Source of the DNA: Diplonema japonicum
Lineage: Eukaryota > Protista > Euglenozoa: Diplonemea
DNA: 64,000 nucleotides
Direction of reading: 5' to 3'
NCBI GenBank assembly: GCA_964019335.1
Contig: OZ025696.1
Span: 434,001 to 498,000 of the forward strand
Position 1 is the first letter of the stretch. Every line of letters starts with the position of its first letter. The position numbers and the translations under genes were made by a program. This document shows positions 1-8,681 of the stretch, piece after piece. The notes beneath the pieces are model-generated. The model was not told the origin of the DNA and made no database searches. It was given only the letters and a program-made list of their open reading frames with translations.

Positions 1-1135
1 CCGTACTGGCACCCGAACTCCCACCACTCACCATTCCAACCCCAAGGACCAGGAGAGGGACACTTCACAGCAGCACACCCCATGGCATAGATGTTCGAGG
101 AAGACATCTGTGTGTAGTGAGAAGTGACACCACCATTAGAACTGTCAGAGGCCCAGTTGTAGTCATCCTTCTCATCCCACCAGCTCTGCCCAAGGTACCC
201 AGGAGTGCCATCACTCATCAATGCCTCACAAGCAGTACCAGCACAGTAAGCAAGGTTCTCACCAAGGTACTCAAACCCACCGACATCCTTGCGAACAGTG
301 TTCTGGTCAGAGTGGGGCCAGTTCGAGTCACACCTCCCAATGTGTCCACGGATGGTCGCAGCAATGTTGGTGTCCCACCTGACCTTGTGCATGTCCTTGG
401 CGGGAGGGCTTGTGTTGGAACGCCATTCGTTGTGCTTGTCGAGGATGGCCTGCTCCCAAACAGACAGAGGGCAAGATGAACCACCACCACCACCGCCAGA
501 AGAAGAAGGTGCCGATGTGACAGGAGCAGGAGGTGGTGTTGGATTCGAAGGAGGGGAGTTCCCATCATTGCACAGACCAGGGTTCTTGGTGAAAACAGAA
601 GAATCAGGTTCAATGAGGCCACCAGAGCCCTGTTCGAAAGGCTTGGTACCAACCCAGTAACCCTGACCCCTCTCACCGTACTGGCACCCGAACTCCCACC
701 ACTCACCGTTCCAACCCCAAGGACCAGGAGAGGGACACTTCACAGCAGCACACCCCATGGCATAGATGTTCGAGGAAGACATCTGTGTGTAGTGGGAAGT
801 GACACCACCATTAGAACTGTCAGAGGCCCAGTTGTAGTCATCCTTCTCATCCCACCAGCTCTGCCCAAGGTACCCAGGAGTGCCATCACTCATCAATGCC
901 TCACAAGCAGTACCAGCACAGTAAGCAAGGTTCTCACCAAGGTACTCAAACCCACCGACATCCTTACGAACAGTGTTCTGGTCAGAGTGGGGCCAGTTCG
1001 AGTCACACTTCCCAATGTGTCCACGGATGGTCGCAGCAATGTTGGTGTCCCACCTGACCTTGTGCATGTCCTTGGCGGGAGGGCTTGTGTTGGAACGCCA
1101 TTCGTTGTGCTTGTCAAGGATGGCCTGCTCCCACA
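1..1135. repeat. 675-bp coding tandem repeat (225-aa CAP unit)
   Basis: ccgtactggcacccgaac occurs at 1 and 676; 1-460 is nearly identical to 676-1135. Confidence 0.95.
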
Positions 1136-1187
1136 CTGAGAGTGTGCATGTCGCAGACAGTACACTGACGTAAAACGCCAGCAACAT
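1..1187 (-). CDS. Secreted protein with tandem CAP/SCP (PR-1-like) domains; 3' end lies outside the window
   Basis: Not in the ORF track because it has no stop in the window. Manual translation from ATG at 1187 gives MLLAFYVSVLSATCTLSVWEQAILDKHNEWR...WPHS...GENLAY...SWWDEK...SHYTQM...MGCAAVKC...FGCQYG, which contains the CAP motifs. A Pro/Ser/Gly linker and a second near-identical domain follow (675-bp period). Confidence 0.9.
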   Translation of the reverse strand, partial: MLLAFYVSVLSATCTLSVWEQAILDKHNEWRSNTSPPAKDMHKVRWDTNIAATIRGHIGKCDSNWPHSDQNTVRKDVGGFEYLGENLAYCAGTACEALMSDGTPGYLGQSWWDEKDDYNWASDSSNGGVTSHYTQMSSSNIYAMGCAAVKCPSPGPWGWNGEWWEFGCQYGERGQGYWVGTKPFEQGSGGLIEPDSSVFTKNPGLCNDGNSPPSNPTPPPAPVTSAPSSSGGGGGGSSCPLSVWEQAILDKHNEWRSNTSPPAKDMHKVRWDTNIAATIRGHIGRCDSNWPHSDQNTVRKDVGGFEYLGENLAYCAGTACEALMSDGTPGYLGQSWWDEKDDYNWASDSSNGGVTSHYTQMSSSNIYAMGCAAVKCPSPGPWGWNGEWWEFGCQY

Positions 1188-1321
1188 GGTGTGTGTAGGT
1201 AACCTGATGTGAAATGTATAGAACAATTTTGATAACTTCTATAGTCAGAAAAGAAAATATACCATTCCCACTTAGTGAATTTATATCTATCTAGTCTAAA
1301 AGTACGATCTGAACGTTGCAA

Positions 1322-1735
1322 CTAAGATTTCTTAATCAACTCTAGCATGTGCTGCGCAGGTCTGCCCACTCTCGCCTCAGTTTCAGTAACGAGGATAGGC
1401 CTCTCGAGAAGTATCGGGTGCTCAACTAGCATGTCGACCCACTCCTCTTCTGTCACGTCGGACTTCTTAATCTTCATCTCTTTGAACTTAGCTTCGTTGA
1501 GCCTCACAGCTCCTTCTAGCGGTGTCACGTCAAGCTTTTGAAACAAATCCTGAACCTCACTTCTGTCGAGGCCGGCTTTCAAGTACTCTTTGACCTCTAC
1601 TTCGACATCTGCGGATTTCAGGGCTTCAAGCCCCTGACGGCTCTTGCTGCATCTAGGGTTATGGTAGTAGATAAGTTTGGAGCCGTCTCGGCTTGATGCG
1701 GATGCGACCTTTCGTTTTTTGGCGGCTGGTGGCAT
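1322..1735 (-). CDS. arsC: ArsC-family (glutaredoxin-dependent) arsenate reductase with an N-terminal NLS-like extension
   Basis: YHNPRCSKSR catalytic-Cys motif, plus AVR, HPILLERPIL and RVGRP arginine motifs; N-terminus is MPPAAKKRKV. Confidence 0.85.
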   Translation of the reverse strand: MPPAAKKRKVASASSRDGSKLIYYHNPRCSKSRQGLEALKSADVEVEVKEYLKAGLDRSEVQDLFQKLDVTPLEGAVRLNEAKFKEMKIKKSDVTEEEWVDMLVEHPILLERPILVTETEARVGRPAQHMLELIKKS

Positions 1736-2121
1736 TTTTTTTTTTTTTTAAATTCTTTTAGTCTTGGGGGAAAAAAAAAAGGTTGTAATAGGTACAATAG
1801 ACGCGTTACATGCGGTCAAACCCCGTGGAGCGAAGAAAGTGCCAGCCTCGAGGGACCCATGGGCGGCGAAGATCTTGTTCAGCTCGCAGCTTGCGGTGCA
1901 ATACCCATAGTGTAGGATGTACTTTTTATTTGGGTCTGCGTGTGACGTTGGTTTGAACAAAGGTGTGCAGCAGGCGCCCCTGCAATCAATAAGTGGTAAC
2001 AATGGATTGGGAAAAAGAGGGAAAGAACTAGGTAGACATTTGTTAATAAAATGTGAAGGGGTACGCGAGGGGGGGAAACAGATCTGGGCGAGGGGTCACT
2101 TGTTCGATCAAATAAGAGATA

Positions 2122-2462
2122 CTGTAAAACGAAAATCCTCCCTCCCCGACGAAGATCCTCCCCCCCCCCCGACGCTGTTGGTGGATTATTTTTCACCCAT
2201 GGGAGGGGGGGGTTTCTTTTTTTTTTTATTATTTTCTTTTTTTGCAAGAACGAGTCTTTTGACTAGGGCCAACAAAGGAAAACGTTGGCGACGTTAGAAA
2301 CTCCTCCAAGGTTTCTACCAGCACGTACGAAACAACGGTGTTCCTCTCTTTTTGAAGAACCGTGTTCTGTCAAACTGTGGCAACGAGAAACCCCTGGGGA
2401 GCGTAAGACCGGCTGGATTTGGGCTTTCTTTTTTCATTTCTTTCCTTGTTTTCGTTTTGCAG
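2122..2462. mobile_element. Degenerate pogo-like MITE
   Basis: Left end TA|ctgtaaaacgaaaa and right end ttttcgttttgcag (1 mismatch); same TIR as the element at 35838-37445. Confidence 0.55.
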
Positions 2463-2690
2463 CATTCTTGTTACTTTTTTATTCTTTTGCCGAGTTTTGT
2501 ATTTGAAAAAAAAAAAAAAAAAAGAATATATTCAATGTGGAGGTGCCACTTATAAAGAAATTACACTAGTCTACAACCACACTGGTGACGGCGGTTACTG
2601 GCATCAGTGCGAGAAACACAACATTAGGACACGAGAAGAAAAGAAACCGTTTTCCGAAAAAAAACTCCCCCCCCCCCTCCAAAAGTATTT

Positions 2691-4031
2691 CTACTGCTGC
2701 GACAAACGGTAAGCAATCTCGTTCTCATGATATCTCTGGTGGAGTTCCTTCTTGAATTCCCTCTCGATCTCCTCGGACTGGGTGCAAGAAGGATTGCAAA
2801 TCCTCGGTCCGGTCGGCCCCGTGTGGTACATGCAAGGGTAGTAAGTGTTCTCAGCCGCAGGGGTGGTGACAGGAGAGTTCCACCATTTGCTGGTAGCCTG
2901 CTGCATGGTGGTCCCGTTAACTGAAAACCTGGTGAAGTCAGGTGTGATGGCAGTGTCGTGCGTATGACAACTGTACAAGAAAGCACCGTTCCCAGGTCTG
3001 GACAAGGCCGACTTGGATTTGATGGTTGTAAGGAAGTCCGACATGTAGCTCATCATGGTGACTATTTGTGTTTGGTTGCAGTTTTCAGGGTTTTCCTGGC
3101 ATTTTGCGATGTATGGGAATTGGTTGCACAGGCCGTTGGTTGTTGCGGTCTGTTTCGGCCAACCTGGGACGAGCTTCGGCGTGAATATGCACTGTGTCTG
3201 CCAGGAGTCGTACGCAGAGTTCAAGATGAAGGTTGGGGCTTGGATGTAGTTGTAGATGTTCGGCGCGAAAAAGCAATCGCTGACGTTCCCACCCGCCCCC
3301 TCCATGGCGGCCACGCATGCCCCGTTCGTCGACGGTGTGGAGTTAGTCCTGGCCAGCTGGTACCGGATCTCCTGTCCGTAAACGTGCTCGTTGGCGACAT
3401 TAACGTGATCCAGGAAAAACCCGGAAATAGGAATCGATTTGAAGACCTCAAGCTCCCCGTTCGTGATGGCAAGGACCCTTTCGTGAACGTAGTCTGTGTG
3501 CATGAACGCACCGAGACCGCCCGCGGACGACCCCATGAACAGAAATCGTTTTGCCGAAGCGAGCCCGAACTGTTCTGTTAAAGTGTCGAAGACTGCGTCA
3601 AGAAGCCTTCGTCCTCTGTAGTAAATCGGGGTGGGCTTGCCCGGAACGGTGACGGGGCCCTCGATGTTGCCGGAGTACGACGTCCCGTCGCAGTAGGCTA
3701 TGTACACCCTGTTGAAGTTGCAGAACTCCGGGTTGTCCGTGCAGTTTCCAGACATGATGCCTTTTCCCACTTCAGTGGACGCCCATGACTTGTGGGAGCC
3801 CAAGCGGGTGCTTGATCTTCCCCAGCAGTCCATGTCATCGTAGCACCAGCCTCCTCCCTGGAGCCAGACTTGCCAGTCGTTTGCATTGTTTGCGTTGCCC
3901 GCCACCGAGTAGTAGAAGCCACCAGGGCCTCCATCGAGACAGACAGCTCCACTCGCAACTTTGTCCTGCATCAGGTGCAGGTGCATCGTGGTGTGTGCGA
4001 CAGCCGCTGCTGTTGCTAATATCGACAACAT
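2691..4031 (-). CDS. Secreted pectin acetylesterase/Notum-family hydrolase
   Basis: Signal peptide, CLDG, GGGWC, YCDG, GSSAGG nucleophile motif, SAYDSWQ Asp, SCHTH His. Confidence 0.9.
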   Translation of the reverse strand: MLSILATAAAVAHTTMHLHLMQDKVASGAVCLDGGPGGFYYSVAGNANNANDWQVWLQGGGWCYDDMDCWGRSSTRLGSHKSWASTEVGKGIMSGNCTDNPEFCNFNRVYIAYCDGTSYSGNIEGPVTVPGKPTPIYYRGRRLLDAVFDTLTEQFGLASAKRFLFMGSSAGGLGAFMHTDYVHERVLAITNGELEVFKSIPISGFFLDHVNVANEHVYGQEIRYQLARTNSTPSTNGACVAAMEGAGGNVSDCFFAPNIYNYIQAPTFILNSAYDSWQTQCIFTPKLVPGWPKQTATTNGLCNQFPYIAKCQENPENCNQTQIVTMMSYMSDFLTTIKSKSALSRPGNGAFLYSCHTHDTAITPDFTRFSVNGTTMQQATSKWWNSPVTTPAAENTYYPCMYHTGPTGPRICNPSCTQSEEIEREFKKELHQRYHENEIAYRLSQQ

Positions 4032-4554
4032 TTATATATTCTTTTTTTCTTTCCCCTTGTTTACCCTTTTCTTTTTTGTTTGTTTTTGGGTCGTTGCTTT
4101 CTCGGGTCCCAGAAAGAGGAAAAAGGGAAATTAAAAAAAAGGGGGAGGGGGGTGGGAAGGGGGGAGGGACATCAAGACTTTTAGGAGTGCTCACCATGAT
4201 ATAAACTTTTTTTTTTATATATATTTGGGGTGTATTTTCTTCACAGGTCGGTGCAGCTATTCACTGTCACGGGGACCTTGAGCTTTTTTGTCGAACACCT
4301 TTTTAAAAAAAGGGGGGTTCATATCATGTATCGATCCATAAGGTTACTGTCGCACCACGATCGTTAAGTGAAGAAGAGAAGAGTGGGATGAGGGGGGGAG
4401 AAGGGACGAAATACAGTTTAAAAGCCAAACAAGGTCACCGTCGACTCCACAAATCCCTCAATCGAGAGTACCCCTCCCCCAACCCCCCCAACGTTTTAAC
4501 AATACCAACCGCCTATGGAACAACAACAAAAAAAAAAAAAAAAAGAACCTCTTC

Positions 4555-5817
4555 TTATGTACAACTTGGGTTGCAATTCCTCGGTCCGGTCGGCCCCGTG
4601 TGGTACATGCAAGGGTAATAAGTGTTCTCAGCCGCAGGGGTGGTGACAGGAGAGTTCCACCATTTAACAGCGGCTTGCGCCATGGTGGTCCCGTTGACGG
4701 TGAATTTTGTATAGTCATGAGTGGGGGCCGTGTCGTGTGTGTGGCAACTATACAAGAAAGCACCGTTCCCAGGCCTTGCCAACGCAGCCTTGGCCTGAAT
4801 CGTCGTCAGGAAGTCTGTTTCGTACTGCAACATTGTGATCATCTGCTGCTGGCTGCACTTCTCGGGGTCCGTCTGGCAGGCTGCCATGGAAGAGAAATTG
4901 TTGCACATGTTGTTCACGGCGGTCTGCCCGGGCCAGTTCGGCACGAACTTCGCGGTCAGAATGCAAGATGTCTGGTAAGCATCGTACGCAGAGTTCAGCA
5001 CGAAGGTGGGCACTGCCACGTGGTCGTAAATGTTCGCCGCGAAAAAACAGTCGTCCTCATGACCTTGGTTCGCCTTGAGACACCCTGTGTTCGTTGAGCC
5101 TGTTGCGTTCGTTCTGTTGAAGATGTACCGCATCTCAGTACCGTAGACAGGCTCGCCTGCGAGGTTTACGTGGTCTAAAAAGAAACCGGAGATGTAGATT
5201 GCTTTGAAGGATAAGAGCTTCCCGGAGGTGATGGTCATGAGCTTGGCATGAACCCTCTCAGTGTTGATGAAGGCGCCGAGACCGCCCGCGGACGACCCCA
5301 TGAACAGAAACCGTTTTGCAGTTGTCAGATTGTACTGTTCCTGAAGCGTTTCGAAGACCGCGTCAAGTAATTTCTGACCTCTGTAGTAAATAGGGGTGGG
5401 CTTGCCCGGAACGGTGATGGGGCCCTCGATGTTGCCCGAGTACGACGTCCCGTCGCAGTAGGCCACGTACACCCTGTTGAAGTTGCAGAACTCCGGGTTG
5501 TCCGTGCAGTTTCCAGACATGATACCGTGTGTCTTGGCAACCTGCGGCCAGTTTGTGCTCTGGCCCAGTTTTGTGTGAGACCGTCCCCAGCAGTCCACGT
5601 CGTCCAGGCACCACCCGCCTCCTTCCAACCATAGTTGCCAGTCATCGGAGTTGGCTACGCTGTTGTACTTTGAAATGTAGAATCCTCCCGGGCTGCCGTC
5701 CAGACACCGAGCCCCGCCAGACACCTTATCGGTCATGAGATGCAGGTTTAAAGGGTTTATGCTGCTGTCTTCCGCTGCTAGACTTCCTAGTGTGCAGAAG
5801 AGCAGTGTGGTCATCAT
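4555..5817 (-). CDS. Secreted pectin acetylesterase/Notum-family hydrolase (tandem paralog)
   Basis: Same motifs: CLDGSP, EGGGWC, YCDG, GSSAGG, SAYDAYQ, SCHTH. Confidence 0.9.
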   Translation of the reverse strand: MMTTLLFCTLGSLAAEDSSINPLNLHLMTDKVSGGARCLDGSPGGFYISKYNSVANSDDWQLWLEGGGWCLDDVDCWGRSHTKLGQSTNWPQVAKTHGIMSGNCTDNPEFCNFNRVYVAYCDGTSYSGNIEGPITVPGKPTPIYYRGQKLLDAVFETLQEQYNLTTAKRFLFMGSSAGGLGAFINTERVHAKLMTITSGKLLSFKAIYISGFFLDHVNLAGEPVYGTEMRYIFNRTNATGSTNTGCLKANQGHEDDCFFAANIYDHVAVPTFVLNSAYDAYQTSCILTAKFVPNWPGQTAVNNMCNNFSSMAACQTDPEKCSQQQMITMLQYETDFLTTIQAKAALARPGNGAFLYSCHTHDTAPTHDYTKFTVNGTTMAQAAVKWWNSPVTTPAAENTYYPCMYHTGPTGPRNCNPSCT

Positions 5818-6367
5818 TTTATTTCTTTTTTTTTCCCCTTTTTTTTGTTGGTAAGTAAAGTATTATTTTTTGAAACTAAAACAAAATATAAAAAGAAAGA
5901 GCTAGTGTTGGAGATGGGAGAGAAGGTGTTCACGGGCCTCCCCGTCGTATGTTTTTTTTTTTTAATTCATTTAAGGGGGTTAAGATGTTAAGAATCCTAT
6001 CCTTTTATATGGTGATAGAGATTCAAAAAGATAGGGGGGGGGGGGGAGAAATTCATTCTAATTTTGGGAAACGAAGCTTTTTGGAGCTTCGCCCAAAAAA
6101 CAAAAAGAAGGAAAACATTTTTTTTACCAATCGAAAGAAGGGAGGAGGCACAGGATAAGTAACGAGCAAACAGTGTACTCTTACTTTGCTTAACCACACA
6201 CTGCACCGGGTGATCGCTATTCTCCAAGGTGTATGACGAAGCTGGAGGGGGAGAGAAAAAAAAGGAGAAAAAAAAAGGGTTCTCCTCTCACCCTCTTTTT
6301 TTTTTAATATCGTTCTCCCTCTAAGACAAGGAGATGTATCAAAAGGTGTTTGTTCAGCAATGGTTAA

Positions 6368-6562
6368 AACATGCAGTGAAGAGCTGCACAGGGAATAAGG
6401 CCCTGCCGGACCGAACTTTCGTGGCAGTACTAGGTATCTCTCTGGTGCTGTCCTCTTCAGACAAGGTGCACCCTTCAAGGGCTCCACTAGCCTTCTAGTA
6501 GGTCGGAGAAAACCGTTCCCGACCACTGTCTTCGCATTTGCTCTGTGGACAAGGCTATGGAA
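6368..6562 (-). mobile_element. Hammerhead-bearing dispersed repeat, internally deleted copy
   Basis: Aligns with 13244-13408 and 49795-49926. It keeps CTGAAGA-GGACA but has lost the GTC/GAAAC segment, and is absent from the equivalent site of unit B. Confidence 0.75.
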
Positions 6563-6702
6563 GATTGAAGAATTTGAAATAAAAAAAGGGGAGGGGGGGG
6601 GGCTTTAATTCAAGCCGATAGCCAGGAGGAGCAGTAATAGAATACAGCTATCTTTTTTTTTTTTTTTTTTTTTTTTTTTGCTAGGTACGTACGTTGTTCT
6701 TC

Positions 6703-7066
6703 TTTTATTTAATTCGAGCCGGGTTTTCAAGGGTGGGGAGTGAAAATAATATTTCACTTTATATCACGCTCAACTTTACTTTCACTCCCAGTTTATAGAG
6801 AAATAAGGCCCAGGAGTGACATAATGTTACATTATGACATAACAATGATGGGAAGAAAGCCTAAGGTGAAACCAGGCCCAGGAGTGAAATAACGCAACAC
6901 CACCCCACGCTCGGACATTATTTCACTCCTGGGCCTAATTTCAAGGTAAACTGGGAGTGAAAATAAAGCTGGGAGTGACATAAAGTAAAATCTTATTTTC
7001 ACTCCCACCCTTGAAAACCCGGCTCGAGTTATATAATGCTATCTTATTTTCATTTAATAAATAGTC
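6703..7066. mobile_element. Non-autonomous Crypton-like element (inverted-repeat body, rearranged palindrome arm)
   Basis: About 35-bp inverted repeats (tcgagccgggttttcaagggtggggagtgaaaataa) at 6714 and ending 7027. The right half is near-identical to the reverse complement of 35152-35280. It ends taataaatagtc and is absent from unit B. Confidence 0.75.
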
Positions 7067-7132
7067 ATTTTTTTTTTCTTTTTTTTTTTATGGGAGAAAA
7101 AAAGGTTTTTTTGCAAGTGGAAAGAAGAATCT

Positions 7133-7170
<38 letters not shown>

Positions 7171-7415
7171 AAAGTGCAGGACAAACCCCCTCATGGAGGG
7201 CCGCCCTTGGGTTGGGGGGGGCTATCTATTTATACTCCCTTTCTGGAGCATTGCTTTCGTTCCAATCGAGGCCTTGAGCGTCTTGCGGAGTCGTGTGATG
7301 CGGTCTCGCTTGTAAGCGGCTTTCAGTTCCATCAGCTTGTCGTGCGTGGAGTGGGTGGCGAAGATAGCGAAACCCATAGCCGTCTTCCCACCTATTGCGA
7401 TGAGGGACTTCACTC

Positions 7416-7478
<63 letters not shown>

Positions 7479-7586
7479 AAAGAGAGAATTGAGGACTTCC
7501 GTCACACAGTCTTCTAACCAACAAAAGGTGGTGAGTCGGGAGAGGGAATGGGAAACTAGAATACACCCTTGCAAACGAGCCATTAA

Positions 7587-8170
7587 CCCCTAAACACCCG
7601 CGCGGACGTTTTTGTCCTTATTTCAAAATTTTGCTTTTTCGCTAAGTACTTTTTTTTTTTGAACACGGGCCCTGGACTTCAAAATATGGCATTGTTGCGC
7701 GGTTTATATTGTTTTGGAACTACATTTTGCGTTAAAAGTTTTGTTTTAATTGAAACCGGCAGGGTTGGCTTAAAATGAAATCAGATGGCTTCAAATGATC
7801 ACTCACTCAGAAATACCCAAAACGAGTCGATCTGACCCTAAATCACACCTCCGAGACCATGATGAACGGAACGAAGGTAAGGAGAGCTCTGTGCTGTTCC
7901 TGGGTGCGGAAGAAGATGCAAACGTGAGGGCTGAATGCTGCCCTTTTTAGCCCAGCCATAACTCCACGGACCCTCCAAAATCGGACATAAAAAGTACAAA
8001 AGCTAAGTGTTCTCATCTGATTTTGGCACCTGGAATTGAAAGTTATAGTACCATTTACCCATTCCTTGTATCTTCCTATGGTTGCATGCTGCCCTTTTTT
8101 CGAGCATTCAAAGCAACAATGAAAATGGGGGGGGGGGGGTACCGTAGATAGGCTCCTGGCGTTTAGGGGG
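7587..8170 (+). mobile_element. piggyBac internal-deletion derivative (MITE) at TTAA
   Basis: TIRs cccctaaac...gtttagggg with TTAA on both sides (2 extra nt on the right). Empty site gccattaaag at about 18434. Segments match 47299-48997. Confidence 0.88.
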
Positions 8171-8681
8171 TTTAAAGAAAAAGAGGAAAAAAAAAAAAGA
8201 GACATCCCAAAGAGTCTTCCCTCATCTCTTCTATCCCCTCTACTTCCTTCGTGTTTCTTACAACTTTCTAGCGAACGGTTTTTTTTTATTGTGTTTAAAA
8301 TAATTACGTAAATTGAGGTCAGCAGTACTAACGACCAGCAACAATTCACAACAAAAAAAGGAGAAGAGAGAATGACAAAGGATGATTCACCAAAATGATT
8401 GGCATATTTCTGTTCTTGGAGAGGGGATAAGGCAGGCTCAACAAATAATGTCGATGGAGCCAAAACAAAAAGAAAACAACAACAAAAAAAGAGTCGGTTG
8501 ATTGTTGCTTGTGCACAGCCGGGGTTAACCTGTAGAAGGATAAGCCCAACCACTACTCTTTTTAGCACTAACAATTCACTATCAATATTTTGTTTTTCTT
8601 GTTCAAGCAACGGGGAAAAAAAGGAAGATGTGTGATGATAGGTGGAGAGGACTCCCGAGTGCAACAGACTCCCCAGCTCAC

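Noticed and set aside
117-1321. Listed ORFs at 117-479, 218-706, 289-660, 792-1139 and 893-1321
   Set aside because: Shadow frames of the CAP gene.
1974-1989. 16-nt match to the reverse complement of the unclassified repeat
   Set aside because: Could not extend the alignment by eye.
6140-6240. Highly conserved non-coding block (also 17845-17950) as a possible ncRNA or exon
   Set aside because: Explained by the segmental duplication; no RNA-family motif recognised.
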